From assembly GCA_963675915.1 (NCBI GenBank), contig OY780959.1, positions 1,890,001 through 1,922,000 on the forward strand: a DNA stretch of 32,000 bases, given 5' to 3'. This stretch comes from Coprobacillaceae bacterium (lineage in GTDB: Bacteria; Bacillota_I; Bacilli_A; Erysipelotrichales; Coprobacillaceae). Below are positions 6,944 through 14,749 of this stretch, in pieces. Positions within the stretch are counted from its first letter, which is position 1. Every line of letters starts with the position of its first letter. The notes under the pieces were generated by a model that saw only the letters and a program-made list of their open reading frames with translations, searched no databases and was not told where the DNA came from. The position numbers and the translations under genes are program-made.

Positions 6944-8146
6944 TTAGTTGATATCATCCCCACAGAATTCGTGAGTTAGTTTACCCAAATAGCTGATTCC
7001 ATTGACAATTTGTTCTTCAGTCGGAATCGAGAAATTGATTCTTACCGAGCGGCTAGCTTCTGGATTTTCCAGACAGAAGGCACTACCAGGTACAATGGCA
7101 ATATGTTTTTTTGCCGCTGCATCGACAAAATCCTGTAAACTGACATAGTCAGGCAATTCGAAATAAAGGAACATTCCGCCCTCAGGTTCAGCGAAAGTGA
7201 CATCCTCATGGAATGTTTCCTTCATTGTTTTATACATCAAAGCACATTTTTTGGCATATAACGCACTCAGACGGCTGATATGTTCATGCATGTCGGTTTC
7301 TTCCAGGAATTTGGCCATTGTCAGCTGAGTCCAGATCGGAGTTGAACCATCGATCAAACCTTTTTGGACAACCGCTTTTTCAATGATTTCCTTAGCCCCA
7401 CAAAGCAGTGCGCAACGCATTCCCGGTGACACTATTTTTGAAAGTGAAGCCGCATATAATACATGTCCGGTCTTATCAAATGATTTGATTGGAGGTACGT
7501 CCTCACCCAAAGTTCTCAAGTAACCATACGGATTATCCTCAAGAATGATGACATCGTATTTGACAGCCAGATCATAAATCGCTTTTCTGTTTTCAAGCGA
7601 AGTTGTATATCCAGTCGGATTGTTGAAGTTTGGAATTGTGTAGAAGAATTTAGGCTTAGGCTTGCTTGCCATTGCCGCCTCCAATGCTTCCAAATCAACA
7701 CCGTCTTTTCCCATGGCAACTCCTTTGATGATTGCTCCATTAGAAATGAATGACGAGAATGCTCCCGGGAAGGCTGGATCTTCACTCAAAATAACATCGC
7801 CTTCATCAAGGAAAACTTTCGAAGCAATGTATAACCCTTGAGTAGATCCTGATGTAACTAAAATTTCATCAGTATCATCAAGAACATCAAAATCCATATT
7901 AATGAATTTTCTCGCTTGATCGCGAAGCTCATCACGTCCGATACTAGCCCCATATTGGAAAACTTCAGTATCGTATTCTTCAATTACCCTTTTCGAGATA
8001 TCTGCAAGTTTCTTTGACGGAATCGCTTCTGGATCCGGGAAACCTGCTGCGAAAGAAATGAAGCCCTCCCCTTGGGCATTGGTAATTGCTGCTCTGATTT
8101 TATTTGGTTTTGATTTTTTTACTTTTGATGCATATTCAAATGACAT
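6944..8146 (-). CDS. PLP-dependent aminotransferase, class I (ARO8/LysN/2-aminoadipate-type)
   Basis: The track ORF starts at 8194, but AGGAGA plus a 7-nt spacer precedes the ATG at 8146 (MSFEYASK...). Motifs: VTSGSTQGL, IPNFNNPTGYT, ILEDNPYGYLR, ASLSKIVSPGMRCA (PLP lysine). Confidence 0.85.
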   Translation of the reverse strand: MSFEYASKVKKSKPNKIRAAITNAQGEGFISFAAGFPDPEAIPSKKLADISKRVIEEYDTEVFQYGASIGRDELRDQARKFINMDFDVLDDTDEILVTSGSTQGLYIASKVFLDEGDVILSEDPAFPGAFSSFISNGAIIKGVAMGKDGVDLEALEAAMASKPKPKFFYTIPNFNNPTGYTTSLENRKAIYDLAVKYDVIILEDNPYGYLRTLGEDVPPIKSFDKTGHVLYAASLSKIVSPGMRCALLCGAKEIIEKAVVQKGLIDGSTPIWTQLTMAKFLEETDMHEHISRLSALYAKKCALMYKTMKETFHEDVTFAEPEGGMFLYFELPDYVSLQDFVDAAAKKHIAIVPGSAFCLENPEASRSVRINFSIPTEEQIVNGISYLGKLTHEFCGDDIN

Positions 8147-8212
8147 AATATTTTCTCCTGTTATATATATTTCTATTAATGGTATTGAATTCATTCAGCA
8201 GGTCATAATAAA

Positions 8213-8236
8213 AAACCTATGATAGCTCAAAGGTTT
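8213..8236 (-). terminator. Weak terminator-like hairpin about 65 nt upstream of the aminotransferase start
   Basis: On the minus strand, AAACCT pairs with AGGTTT (6 bp, 12-nt loop), followed by TTTATTAT. The stem is AU-rich, so this is tentative. Confidence 0.3.
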
Positions 8237-8367
8237 AAAAATATAAAATTCAATATCGCCGCCACCATTAAATGCGACATGCGACTAAGAAAATTCCCCT
8301 AAAAACCTTACTGTCTGAGTTTTTTTGATATAGATTAGATTGATGAATCAACATCAATCTAAGGATT

Positions 8368-8406
8368 TAAAGTAAATGGTCAAATTATGGCTGACCATTT
8401 ACTTTA
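8368..8406. repeat. Perfect 15-bp inverted repeat (hairpin) with a 9-nt loop
   Basis: TAAAGTAAATGGTCA (8368-8382) and TGACCATTTACTTTA (8392-8406) are exact reverse complements. Confidence 0.9.
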
Positions 8407-8430
8407 TCTCACTTAGTTCCCCCAATATTT

Positions 8431-8888
8431 TTCTTACTTATGGACCAATGTATTTGGCGTATACATCGGCTGGCACCACGTTCGGAATAGGGATAGTTAC
8501 GCCACTACTAGTAAGAAACATAGAGATACAATAATTAAATACTGACACTATACAAGGATGGGTGATTAAATTTAGTACTGTTCCTTTTACCTAGTAACAG
8601 CGGCAGACACGAAGCCCGCAACTATCTGTATGGGATTAGGGCTACCGAGGCGTACAATAGCCCAATACCCATGATTGTAATCGGAATTTCCAATACCCGT
8701 ACCCGACGCCGTAGTGTGTGGAAAGGCGTAGTCGAGTTCAACCCTAGTATTGCTTGTGATAAGTTAAAATCATTACATTAGATTAGTTGTATAAGGATTA
8801 TTTAATAAAAATGGTTAGGTACTTGATATTTTAATCCTTATCACAAATCAACTTTTCACGGTAGTTGGCAGCCAACCGCGACAGTTGA
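8431..8888. ncRNA. Candidate structured noncoding RNA of unknown class (strand unresolved, minus slightly favoured)
   Basis: No ORF of 60 aa or more. The G+C-rich core is 88/180 over 8581-8760. Perfect helices: 8431-8438/8510-8517; 8455-8461/8498-8504; 8630-8634/8668-8672 enclosing 8639-8644/8658-8663; 8706-8710/8725-8729; 8754-8759/8841-8846 enclosing 8792-8800/8832-8840; 8848-8853/8883-8888 enclosing 8864-8868/8872-8876. Confidence 0.35.
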
Positions 8889-8992
8889 GTCAGTCAGATA
8901 AATATGAACCTCGCTTGTTAATATGTCCCTTCTAGCAATTTAATTCCCAATAGCCACATAACAGAAATCCTGGAACCGAGAAGGATTCCCCT

Positions 8993-9685
8993 CTAACCCA
9001 TCTCGATGTTTGTTTTTGCAGTCTTGCGTCCACGTCCCGGTTTCGACAAATATCTTACCAGCAGTGAAAGCGAGAAGTTTACTGTGAAGTAGATCATGAT
9101 AAGCACACCGTATGTGAATACTTTTTCTGGAATGGTCGTATATTGAGCCATAACCGCACGTCCTTGGTAAATCAAATCTGCAATTGAGATCGTTGCCAGG
9201 AATGAAGTATCCTTGATGATTGTTATCAATGTTGACAATAATTGCGGTGTAACCGCTCTAACCGCTTGTGGCAAGACAATGAATGTCAATGTTTGCGGAA
9301 AGTTAAACCCTTGTGATGCTGCAGCTTCATATTGGCCCTTACTGATTGCATTCAGTCCAGATCTCATCGTTTCACAGATGATGGCACTGAAGAAGAACAC
9401 AAACATCAACATGACAGCTGTATATGGCGGCAAGCCAAAACCTTTTGTGATCCCGAAGCGTCCGAATAAAATCCACAGCAGCAACGGTGTATTACGATAA
9501 ATTTCGATAAACATTGTTCCCAAATATGCAATAGCTTTTGGCGCATAGTTGATAACCAAAGCCAACACAGTCCCTAAAAGGAAACTGAAGAAAATTGAAA
9601 GAATCGCAAATTGTAATGTAGTTAATAGCCCGTCTAGAAAATAACTGATATTCCCCGGGGTTAAAACCGTACTAATTAGTTCCAT
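8993..9685 (-). CDS. Polar amino-acid ABC transporter permease (HisM/GlnP family)
   Basis: 230 aa, about 5 TM segments, with the EAA-loop motif YEAAASQGFNFPQTLTFIVLPQAVR. Confidence 0.9.
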   Translation of the reverse strand: MELISTVLTPGNISYFLDGLLTTLQFAILSIFFSFLLGTVLALVINYAPKAIAYLGTMFIEIYRNTPLLLWILFGRFGITKGFGLPPYTAVMLMFVFFFSAIICETMRSGLNAISKGQYEAAASQGFNFPQTLTFIVLPQAVRAVTPQLLSTLITIIKDTSFLATISIADLIYQGRAVMAQYTTIPEKVFTYGVLIMIYFTVNFSLSLLVRYLSKPGRGRKTAKTNIEMG

Positions 9686-9697
9686 ATGCGTTCCCCC

Positions 9698-10417
9698 TTA
9701 AGCCAGACTTTTTTTTTTCAATTTTTTAGACTTTTTAGTTGATGAGTATCCAGAAGCGAATTTTTTCTCCAAGTAACGAGAAAGCAATGTCATTGGATAA
9801 CACATCACGAAATAGATGATTGCCGCAACCATGTATGATGGTCCTGAGAATCCGGTGTAAGCAGTCCAAGAATGGGCTTGATACATCAAATCATGAATTG
9901 CAATTGTTTGCAATACGGCAGTATTCTTAACGATTCCGACAACTTGTGTTGTAATTGGCGGAATGATGATTCTAACAGCTTGAGGCAAAATGATATAACG
10001 CATCGCTTGGACCCTAGTAAACCCTTGCGATGCCGCCGCTTCATTTTGTCCTTTATTGACAGCCTGGATCCCAGATCTGACGATCTCTCCGATGTACGCG
10101 CCGTGGTAGAAGCCAAGTACAACCGAACCGACCCAAAAGCCATCCAGTGCCCGTCCCGCAAGAGATGGGATAATGATGTAATAAATAAAGAATAATAAAA
10201 TCAAGATTGGAGTATTCTGTAACAATTCAACGTAAATTCTTGAAAAGGCCCTGAAGAATAAACTTTCTGTTGTTGCCAAAACCCCAATTAGGACCCCGAA
10301 TACCATCCCGATTATCAAGGCAATTATCGCCGCCCTTAAGCTGACGGCGATAAAAGAATTAATAAATGTCGGAAATTCTTGTATTGCTTGATCGAAGCCC
10401 CTAAAGATTAGGAACAT
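9698..10417 (-). CDS. Polar amino-acid ABC transporter permease (second subunit)
   Basis: 239 aa with EAA loop NEAAASQGFTRVQAMRYIILPQAVR. A paralogue of the adjacent permease. Confidence 0.9.
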   Translation of the reverse strand: MFLIFRGFDQAIQEFPTFINSFIAVSLRAAIIALIIGMVFGVLIGVLATTESLFFRAFSRIYVELLQNTPILILLFFIYYIIIPSLAGRALDGFWVGSVVLGFYHGAYIGEIVRSGIQAVNKGQNEAAASQGFTRVQAMRYIILPQAVRIIIPPITTQVVGIVKNTAVLQTIAIHDLMYQAHSWTAYTGFSGPSYMVAAIIYFVMCYPMTLLSRYLEKKFASGYSSTKKSKKLKKKSLA

Positions 10418-10424
10418 TTAAATC

Positions 10425-11369
10425 CTATTCTTGATCGATATGGAAATAAGGGCCATATTGTTCATCCAAAGTATCTGGTGCTTCTTGTGTAGGGAATCCC
10501 CATGTTTCTAACCATCCAGCGATTGATCCGTCTCCCCAGAATGTACGTACTTCATCTTGAACAAATTCTGTCCATTCTAAATCTTCATCAACTGTACCAT
10601 TGTTATAAACTGTAACGATACCTAATGGTTGAGGTGCGAACATGTCTCCAGCAGCTGTTTCAGCGAAGATTTCCAATGTATCATTTAAGTAAGATTTCAA
10701 GTAAGTGTAGTCTACACACCATCCATCAACGATTCCTGAATCTAATGCGATCAAGATTTCATCAGTAGTTGAGTATTCCATGATTTCAATATGTTCATCA
10801 ACTTGTTCTTGAGTCCATCCTAGTTCAGCAATAGCATATTCATCAGTTAACGCAGCTCCAGAAGTTGTTCCTAAACCGATTGCGATTTTAACTGGTTCAT
10901 CAGAATCCAAGAAGTCCATAACCCCACCTGGGTATACACCTTTTTTAGTCATTACTGAAACCCCATCATTGAAGTAAGCTGAAGAACAGTTCCATTGCTC
11001 TGCACGTTTAGGAGTATCTGTATAAGATGCAGCAACCATATCGATTGATCCTTCATCCAGCATAGATACACGAGTTTGTGCGTTTACTTTTGTATAAACT
11101 ACTTCGATTGCTCCGTCTTCCAGACCGTTTGCAGCTTCAATATCATCAGCGATACGTTCACTCAAATCAACCTCGAAACCTTCTAATTCCTTAGTAGCAG
11201 TGTTTTCTAATGCGAAACCGATTTTGTCAGTTGAAATCCCGACATTCAACTCGCCTGTTTCAATGATTCTTTCCATTACTGTCATTCCACTTGTGTCCGC
11301 CCCTGAACTACAACCGGTTAATAACATCGATGCTAACAATAACGTACTTCCTACTTTTCTTGAAATCAT
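10425..11369 (-). CDS. Amino-acid ABC transporter substrate-binding lipoprotein (family 3 SBP)
   Basis: 314 aa. Signal peptide with lipobox LLTGCSS. Acidic mature domain. Sits inside the ABC operon. Confidence 0.8.
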   Translation of the reverse strand: MISRKVGSTLLLASMLLTGCSSGADTSGMTVMERIIETGELNVGISTDKIGFALENTATKELEGFEVDLSERIADDIEAANGLEDGAIEVVYTKVNAQTRVSMLDEGSIDMVAASYTDTPKRAEQWNCSSAYFNDGVSVMTKKGVYPGGVMDFLDSDEPVKIAIGLGTTSGAALTDEYAIAELGWTQEQVDEHIEIMEYSTTDEILIALDSGIVDGWCVDYTYLKSYLNDTLEIFAETAAGDMFAPQPLGIVTVYNNGTVDEDLEWTEFVQDEVRTFWGDGSIAGWLETWGFPTQEAPDTLDEQYGPYFHIDQE

Positions 11370-11392
11370 AATCTTTTCTCCTTTTTCTCTCT

Positions 11393-12118
11393 TTAGTGTC
11401 TTATAATTTTTCCTAAGAAATCCTTAGCGCGATCAGTTTGGGGATTATCGAAGAATTCTGTTGGAGTTCCTTCTTCTACAATCATTCCCTCATCCATAAA
11501 TACTACTCTATCAGCTACAGCTTTGGCGAATCCCATTTCATGGGTTACACAAATCATTGTGATATTTTCTTTAGCCAATTCAACCATAACATCCAATACT
11601 TCCTGAACCATTTCCGGGTCTAATGCACTGGTAGGTTCATCGAATAAGATAATTTTACTTTTTGTACATAACGCTCTAGCGATTGCAACCCTTTGTTGCT
11701 GTCCTCCGGACAACTCTTCAGGGTAAGCTTGCTCTTTGCCTTTGAGCCCAACTCTTTCCAATGTTTGCATCGCCAATTCGTCAGCGTCCCATTTGCTAAC
11801 TCCATGCAACTTGATTGGTGCCAATGTCAAGTTTTCTAAAACCGTTAAATGCGGATACAGATTGAACTGTTGGAAAACCATCGAGACGTTGTCCCGGACC
11901 ACCTTGGTTTTGTTCTTTTTGGTGACTTTTTCATCACCGATAGTAATTTGCCCTGATGTCGGTTCTTCTAAGAAGTTAATGCAACGTATAGTAGTTGATT
12001 TACCCGAACCAGACGGACCAAGAATAACTAATTTCTCGCCTTCAGCAACATTTAAATTCACATCTTTTAACACGTGAGCGTCACCGAAGAACTTATTGAT
12101 ATTCTCTAGTTGAATCAT
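11393..12118 (-). CDS. Amino-acid ABC transporter ATP-binding protein (GlnQ-like)
   Basis: 241 aa. Walker [10 protein letters not shown], signature [15 protein letters not shown], Walker [12 protein letters not shown]. Confidence 0.95.
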   Translation of the reverse strand: MIQLENINKFFGDAHVLKDVNLNVAEGEKLVILGPSGSGKSTTIRCINFLEEPTSGQITIGDEKVTKKNKTKVVRDNVSMVFQQFNLYPHLTVLENLTLAPIKLHGVSKWDADELAMQTLERVGLKGKEQAYPEELSGGQQQRVAIARALCTKSKIILFDEPTSALDPEMVQEVLDVMVELAKENITMICVTHEMGFAKAVADRVVFMDEGMIVEEGTPTEFFDNPQTDRAKDFLGKIIRH

Positions 12119-12150
12119 TTAACCACCTGCTCTCTTTTGTTTATGGCTAT

Positions 12151-12179
12151 ATATTAGCAAAGCAAAACCACCTTGTCAA
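12151..12179 (-). promoter_or_regulatory. Near-consensus sigma-A promoter of the amino-acid ABC operon
   Basis: Minus strand TTGACA (12179-12174), a 17-nt spacer, then TAATAT (12156-12151). Confidence 0.7.
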
Positions 12180-12409
12180 TAAGAAATTATTATTATAATA
12201 AGATATTTTCTTTATAAATGTGTTATTACCACAATTATATAAGAAATGGGTATTAAAGTGGCCAAAAAGGGACTGATATCATAGTTTTTGCTATCAGAAA
12301 TTACCTTTTTTTATTATTAATTATCATTTTTTTACAATCTTTAATAAATTTTGATAATTTTTTTTTACAATTTATTGCCTCGGTTAAAAAAACTGTTTTT
12401 TCTTTAAAA

Positions 12410-12444
12410 TTTAAAAGCACCCCGATCCCAAAGGACCTGGATGC
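12410..12444 (-). terminator. Rho-independent terminator after the PanE-like gene
   Basis: Minus strand GCATCC-A-GGTCC-TTTG-GGATC-G-GGGTGC two-tier stem followed by TTTTAAATTTT. Confidence 0.6.
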
Positions 12445-12469
12445 CTGATTTTTCAATCATATGATATGT

Positions 12470-13396
12470 CTACTGGTAAAACATTCCCTCATTCTTCTCT
12501 TCACAGACTTTGATTGCGTGATAAACGAACTCATTGATCGGAGTCGGAATATTTTGCTCCTTACCGAATCTGATTACACTACCTGAGAACATATCGATCT
12601 CCGTCTTGGTTTTTGAATTGAGATCCTGCAAGGTCGAAGGCTGATTATTGAAAGGAATCCGCTTGTACTTATCTTGCTGTTCTTCAATATCCTGATATGT
12701 AAGTCCAATCCCTTTGGACATCGCAATATCCACCACCTCTTTCATCAACATGATTCTGACATGGTTGATATTGTCGCTGACAGTGAAAGCCCCAAACGGC
12801 ACTCCAAGAAGCGCACAAGACAGGTTTTCACCGACATTACACATATACTTATGCCACAATGACTTGATCATATCCTCATCATTAACATATTTGATGTTGC
12901 ATGCATCAAATATCTCATTGATCCTCTTCACTCTTTCACTCAATGTTGTATTGGTCTTTTCTCCGAAGAATACTCGCCCTGTATTTTCGTCGAAATCAGC
13001 TTTCCCGTCTTTTACCTGATTGCTTACGCGCATATAAGAGTAAAGGACATTATCCTTGCCATAGACCTCCATCGCTCTTTCATCGGCCTCGACTCCGTTA
13101 AGTACCGCCATAATCTGAGTATCCTCTTTAACGAAGTTCCTGATTGATTCCAAAGCCAGATCCAAAGCCGGATACTTTACCGCCACGATGACAAGATCCG
13201 CCTTGAACAAATCATATGAAGGTTCCAATACCCTGAAGTTGTAATGTTTGTCATTTATTGTCAATCCGTTTGTCTCTATTCTTTTTTTCCGGGCCCCCTC
13301 GGCAATTACGACAAAATTGTCATCCAAACCATCTTGCAGCCTTCCGGCAAAGAAAGTTCCCATGGCGCCAAGTCCCAGTAATGCAACTTTTTTCAT
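12470..13396 (-). CDS. panE: 2-dehydropantoate 2-reductase family (PanE/ApbA) oxidoreductase
   Basis: The track ORF starts at 13468, but AAGGAGGG precedes the ATG at 13396 (MKKVALLGLGAMGTFFAGRL, a Rossmann motif). The C-terminal STLQDL...KTEIDMFSGSVIRFGKEQNIPTPIN matches the ApbA_C pattern. Confidence 0.75.
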   Translation of the reverse strand: MKKVALLGLGAMGTFFAGRLQDGLDDNFVVIAEGARKKRIETNGLTINDKHYNFRVLEPSYDLFKADLVIVAVKYPALDLALESIRNFVKEDTQIMAVLNGVEADERAMEVYGKDNVLYSYMRVSNQVKDGKADFDENTGRVFFGEKTNTTLSERVKRINEIFDACNIKYVNDEDMIKSLWHKYMCNVGENLSCALLGVPFGAFTVSDNINHVRIMLMKEVVDIAMSKGIGLTYQDIEEQQDKYKRIPFNNQPSTLQDLNSKTKTEIDMFSGSVIRFGKEQNIPTPINEFVYHAIKVCEEKNEGMFYQ

Positions 13397-13588
13397 ATAA
13401 ACACCCTCCTTAGTTGATATGATTTTATCATAATGAAAATTATTTATCATGTCAAATACTTTCCCCAAGATTAATAAAAGATTTTTTTAGGCCCACTTTA
13501 ATTAATAAAATTAAGCAATATTGCCGTTTTTATTAATTTTATTAATCAATGTCCGTTTGGAGTCGACTGCGCTTAAGCTTTAAGTCAG

Positions 13589-13618
13589 AAAAAAAGGTTT
13601 ACCCCCATTGGATAAACC
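13589..13618 (-). terminator. Terminator after alr
   Basis: Minus strand GGTTTA pairs with TAAACC (11-nt loop), followed by T7. Confidence 0.5.
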
Positions 13619-13652
13619 CTCCATCTCCACTAGTTGATTGGCGGGAATGGCT

Positions 13653-14720
13653 TTATTTTTTATATACTCTTGGGATTCTTTTGATCAGGCAGATTATCTC
13701 ATAAGAAATTGTATCCAGTTCCTTTGCCATCGAATCAAGCGAGATATGATCCCCAAATATTTCAACCTGGTCTCCGACCCCGATGCTATCATCAACCCGG
13801 ACCATGCATTGGTCCATACACACCCGACCGACGATCTCGTAGTATTTTCCTTTGATGAATACTTCCCGTCCCTGATTCTTACGGATAAAACCATCGGCAT
13901 ATCCAATCGGGATTGTGGCAATATATTCATCTGTCATCGCCGTATATGTCATTCCATATCCGATTTTGGTTCCTTTGGCTATTTTCTTGACCATCACCAC
14001 ATTTGAAAACAGCGACATTACCTGTTTGAACTTGCCGCGATGCTTCCCAGCCGGATCAAGACCATACATGGTAATTCCGATTCTTCCAAGGTTACTTATT
14101 TTTTCATCATGATAGAACATACCAGCGCTGTTATTGCAGTGCATATATTTGAAATTAAGCCCTTGGGTCATTTCATAATACTTATCAAGTTGCTTTTGAT
14201 ATTCAAGATTATCACCATCTGCAGTGGCAAAGTGAGTGAAAACCCCTTCGATTTCAAATTGACTTTCATTGATATCATCCAAAAGTTCATCAAGTTGCTG
14301 CTTGGTTTGCAGGCCAATCCGACTCATCCCGGTATCCAGCTTGATGTGGATTTTAAGGGGATTATCTAATTTAAATGACTTTATCAGATAATAGTATTCC
14401 AATGATACAATCGTTAGCGATATGCCATATTTGATTGCCAGCTCGATTTCTTCACGTCTGGTCGGAACCGCCCCGAGTACCAGGATGCCTTTTTCAATAT
14501 TCAGTTCCCGAAGTTCAATCGCTTCTCTGAGCGTGGCCACCGCGAACATCTCCAAATATGGGATATCATTAATATATGTGGCAACCTCTTTGAAACCATG
14601 ACCATAGGCATCCGCTTTGATGACCGCCATCAACGGCCTTTTGAAGTCTTGATGAACCATTTCAATATTCTCTTTTAATCGCTTTAAATCAATTACTGCA
14701 TAACTATCTCGCATCAACAT
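13653..14720 (-). CDS. alr: Alanine racemase
   Basis: 355 aa. PLP-lysine motif AVIKADAYGHG. The C-terminal GYADG and VGRVCMDQCMV motifs are typical of Alr. Confidence 0.9.
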   Translation of the reverse strand: MLMRDSYAVIDLKRLKENIEMVHQDFKRPLMAVIKADAYGHGFKEVATYINDIPYLEMFAVATLREAIELRELNIEKGILVLGAVPTRREEIELAIKYGISLTIVSLEYYYLIKSFKLDNPLKIHIKLDTGMSRIGLQTKQQLDELLDDINESQFEIEGVFTHFATADGDNLEYQKQLDKYYEMTQGLNFKYMHCNNSAGMFYHDEKISNLGRIGITMYGLDPAGKHRGKFKQVMSLFSNVVMVKKIAKGTKIGYGMTYTAMTDEYIATIPIGYADGFIRKNQGREVFIKGKYYEIVGRVCMDQCMVRVDDSIGVGDQVEIFGDHISLDSMAKELDTISYEIICLIKRIPRVYKK

Positions 14721-14749
14721 TTTCTAAATCCCCCTATTGAAAAAGCGAA

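Noticed and set aside
8147-8194. N-terminal extensions of track ORFs (8194, and likewise 13468, 30415, 16894, 15388)
   Set aside because: In each case an internal ATG preceded by a well-spaced AGGAG-type RBS gives a canonical family N-terminus. The upstream starts lack an RBS or use TTG.
8241-8270. Minus-strand TTAATGGTGGCGGCG resembles the T-box sequence (AATTAGGGTGGTACCGCG)
   Set aside because: The match is partial. I found no stem I, specifier loop or AG-bulge features, and no antiterminator that pairs with the adjacent hairpin.
8476-8491. Minus-strand CCTATTCCGAACGTGG resembles the 5S rRNA loop C region (CCCATACCGAACACGG)
   Set aside because: Only about 16 nt are similar. The rest of 5S (helices I, IV, V; about 115 nt) is not present, so I treat it as coincidence or at most a tiny relic.
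8705-8734. GACGCCGTAG...GGAAAGGCGTAGTCG looked vaguely like group II intron domain V
   Set aside because: The loop is 14 nt rather than a GNRA tetraloop. There is no AGC triad or 2-nt bulge geometry, no GUGYG 5' end and no intron ORF.
11736-12077. Nested antisense ORFs inside long genes (for example 11736-12077, 9872-10195, 22731-23087, 26748-27254, 25381-25686, 18195-18632)
   Set aside because: All lie opposite or out of frame to strongly supported CDSs, lack an RBS and have skewed composition. These are typical shadow ORFs.
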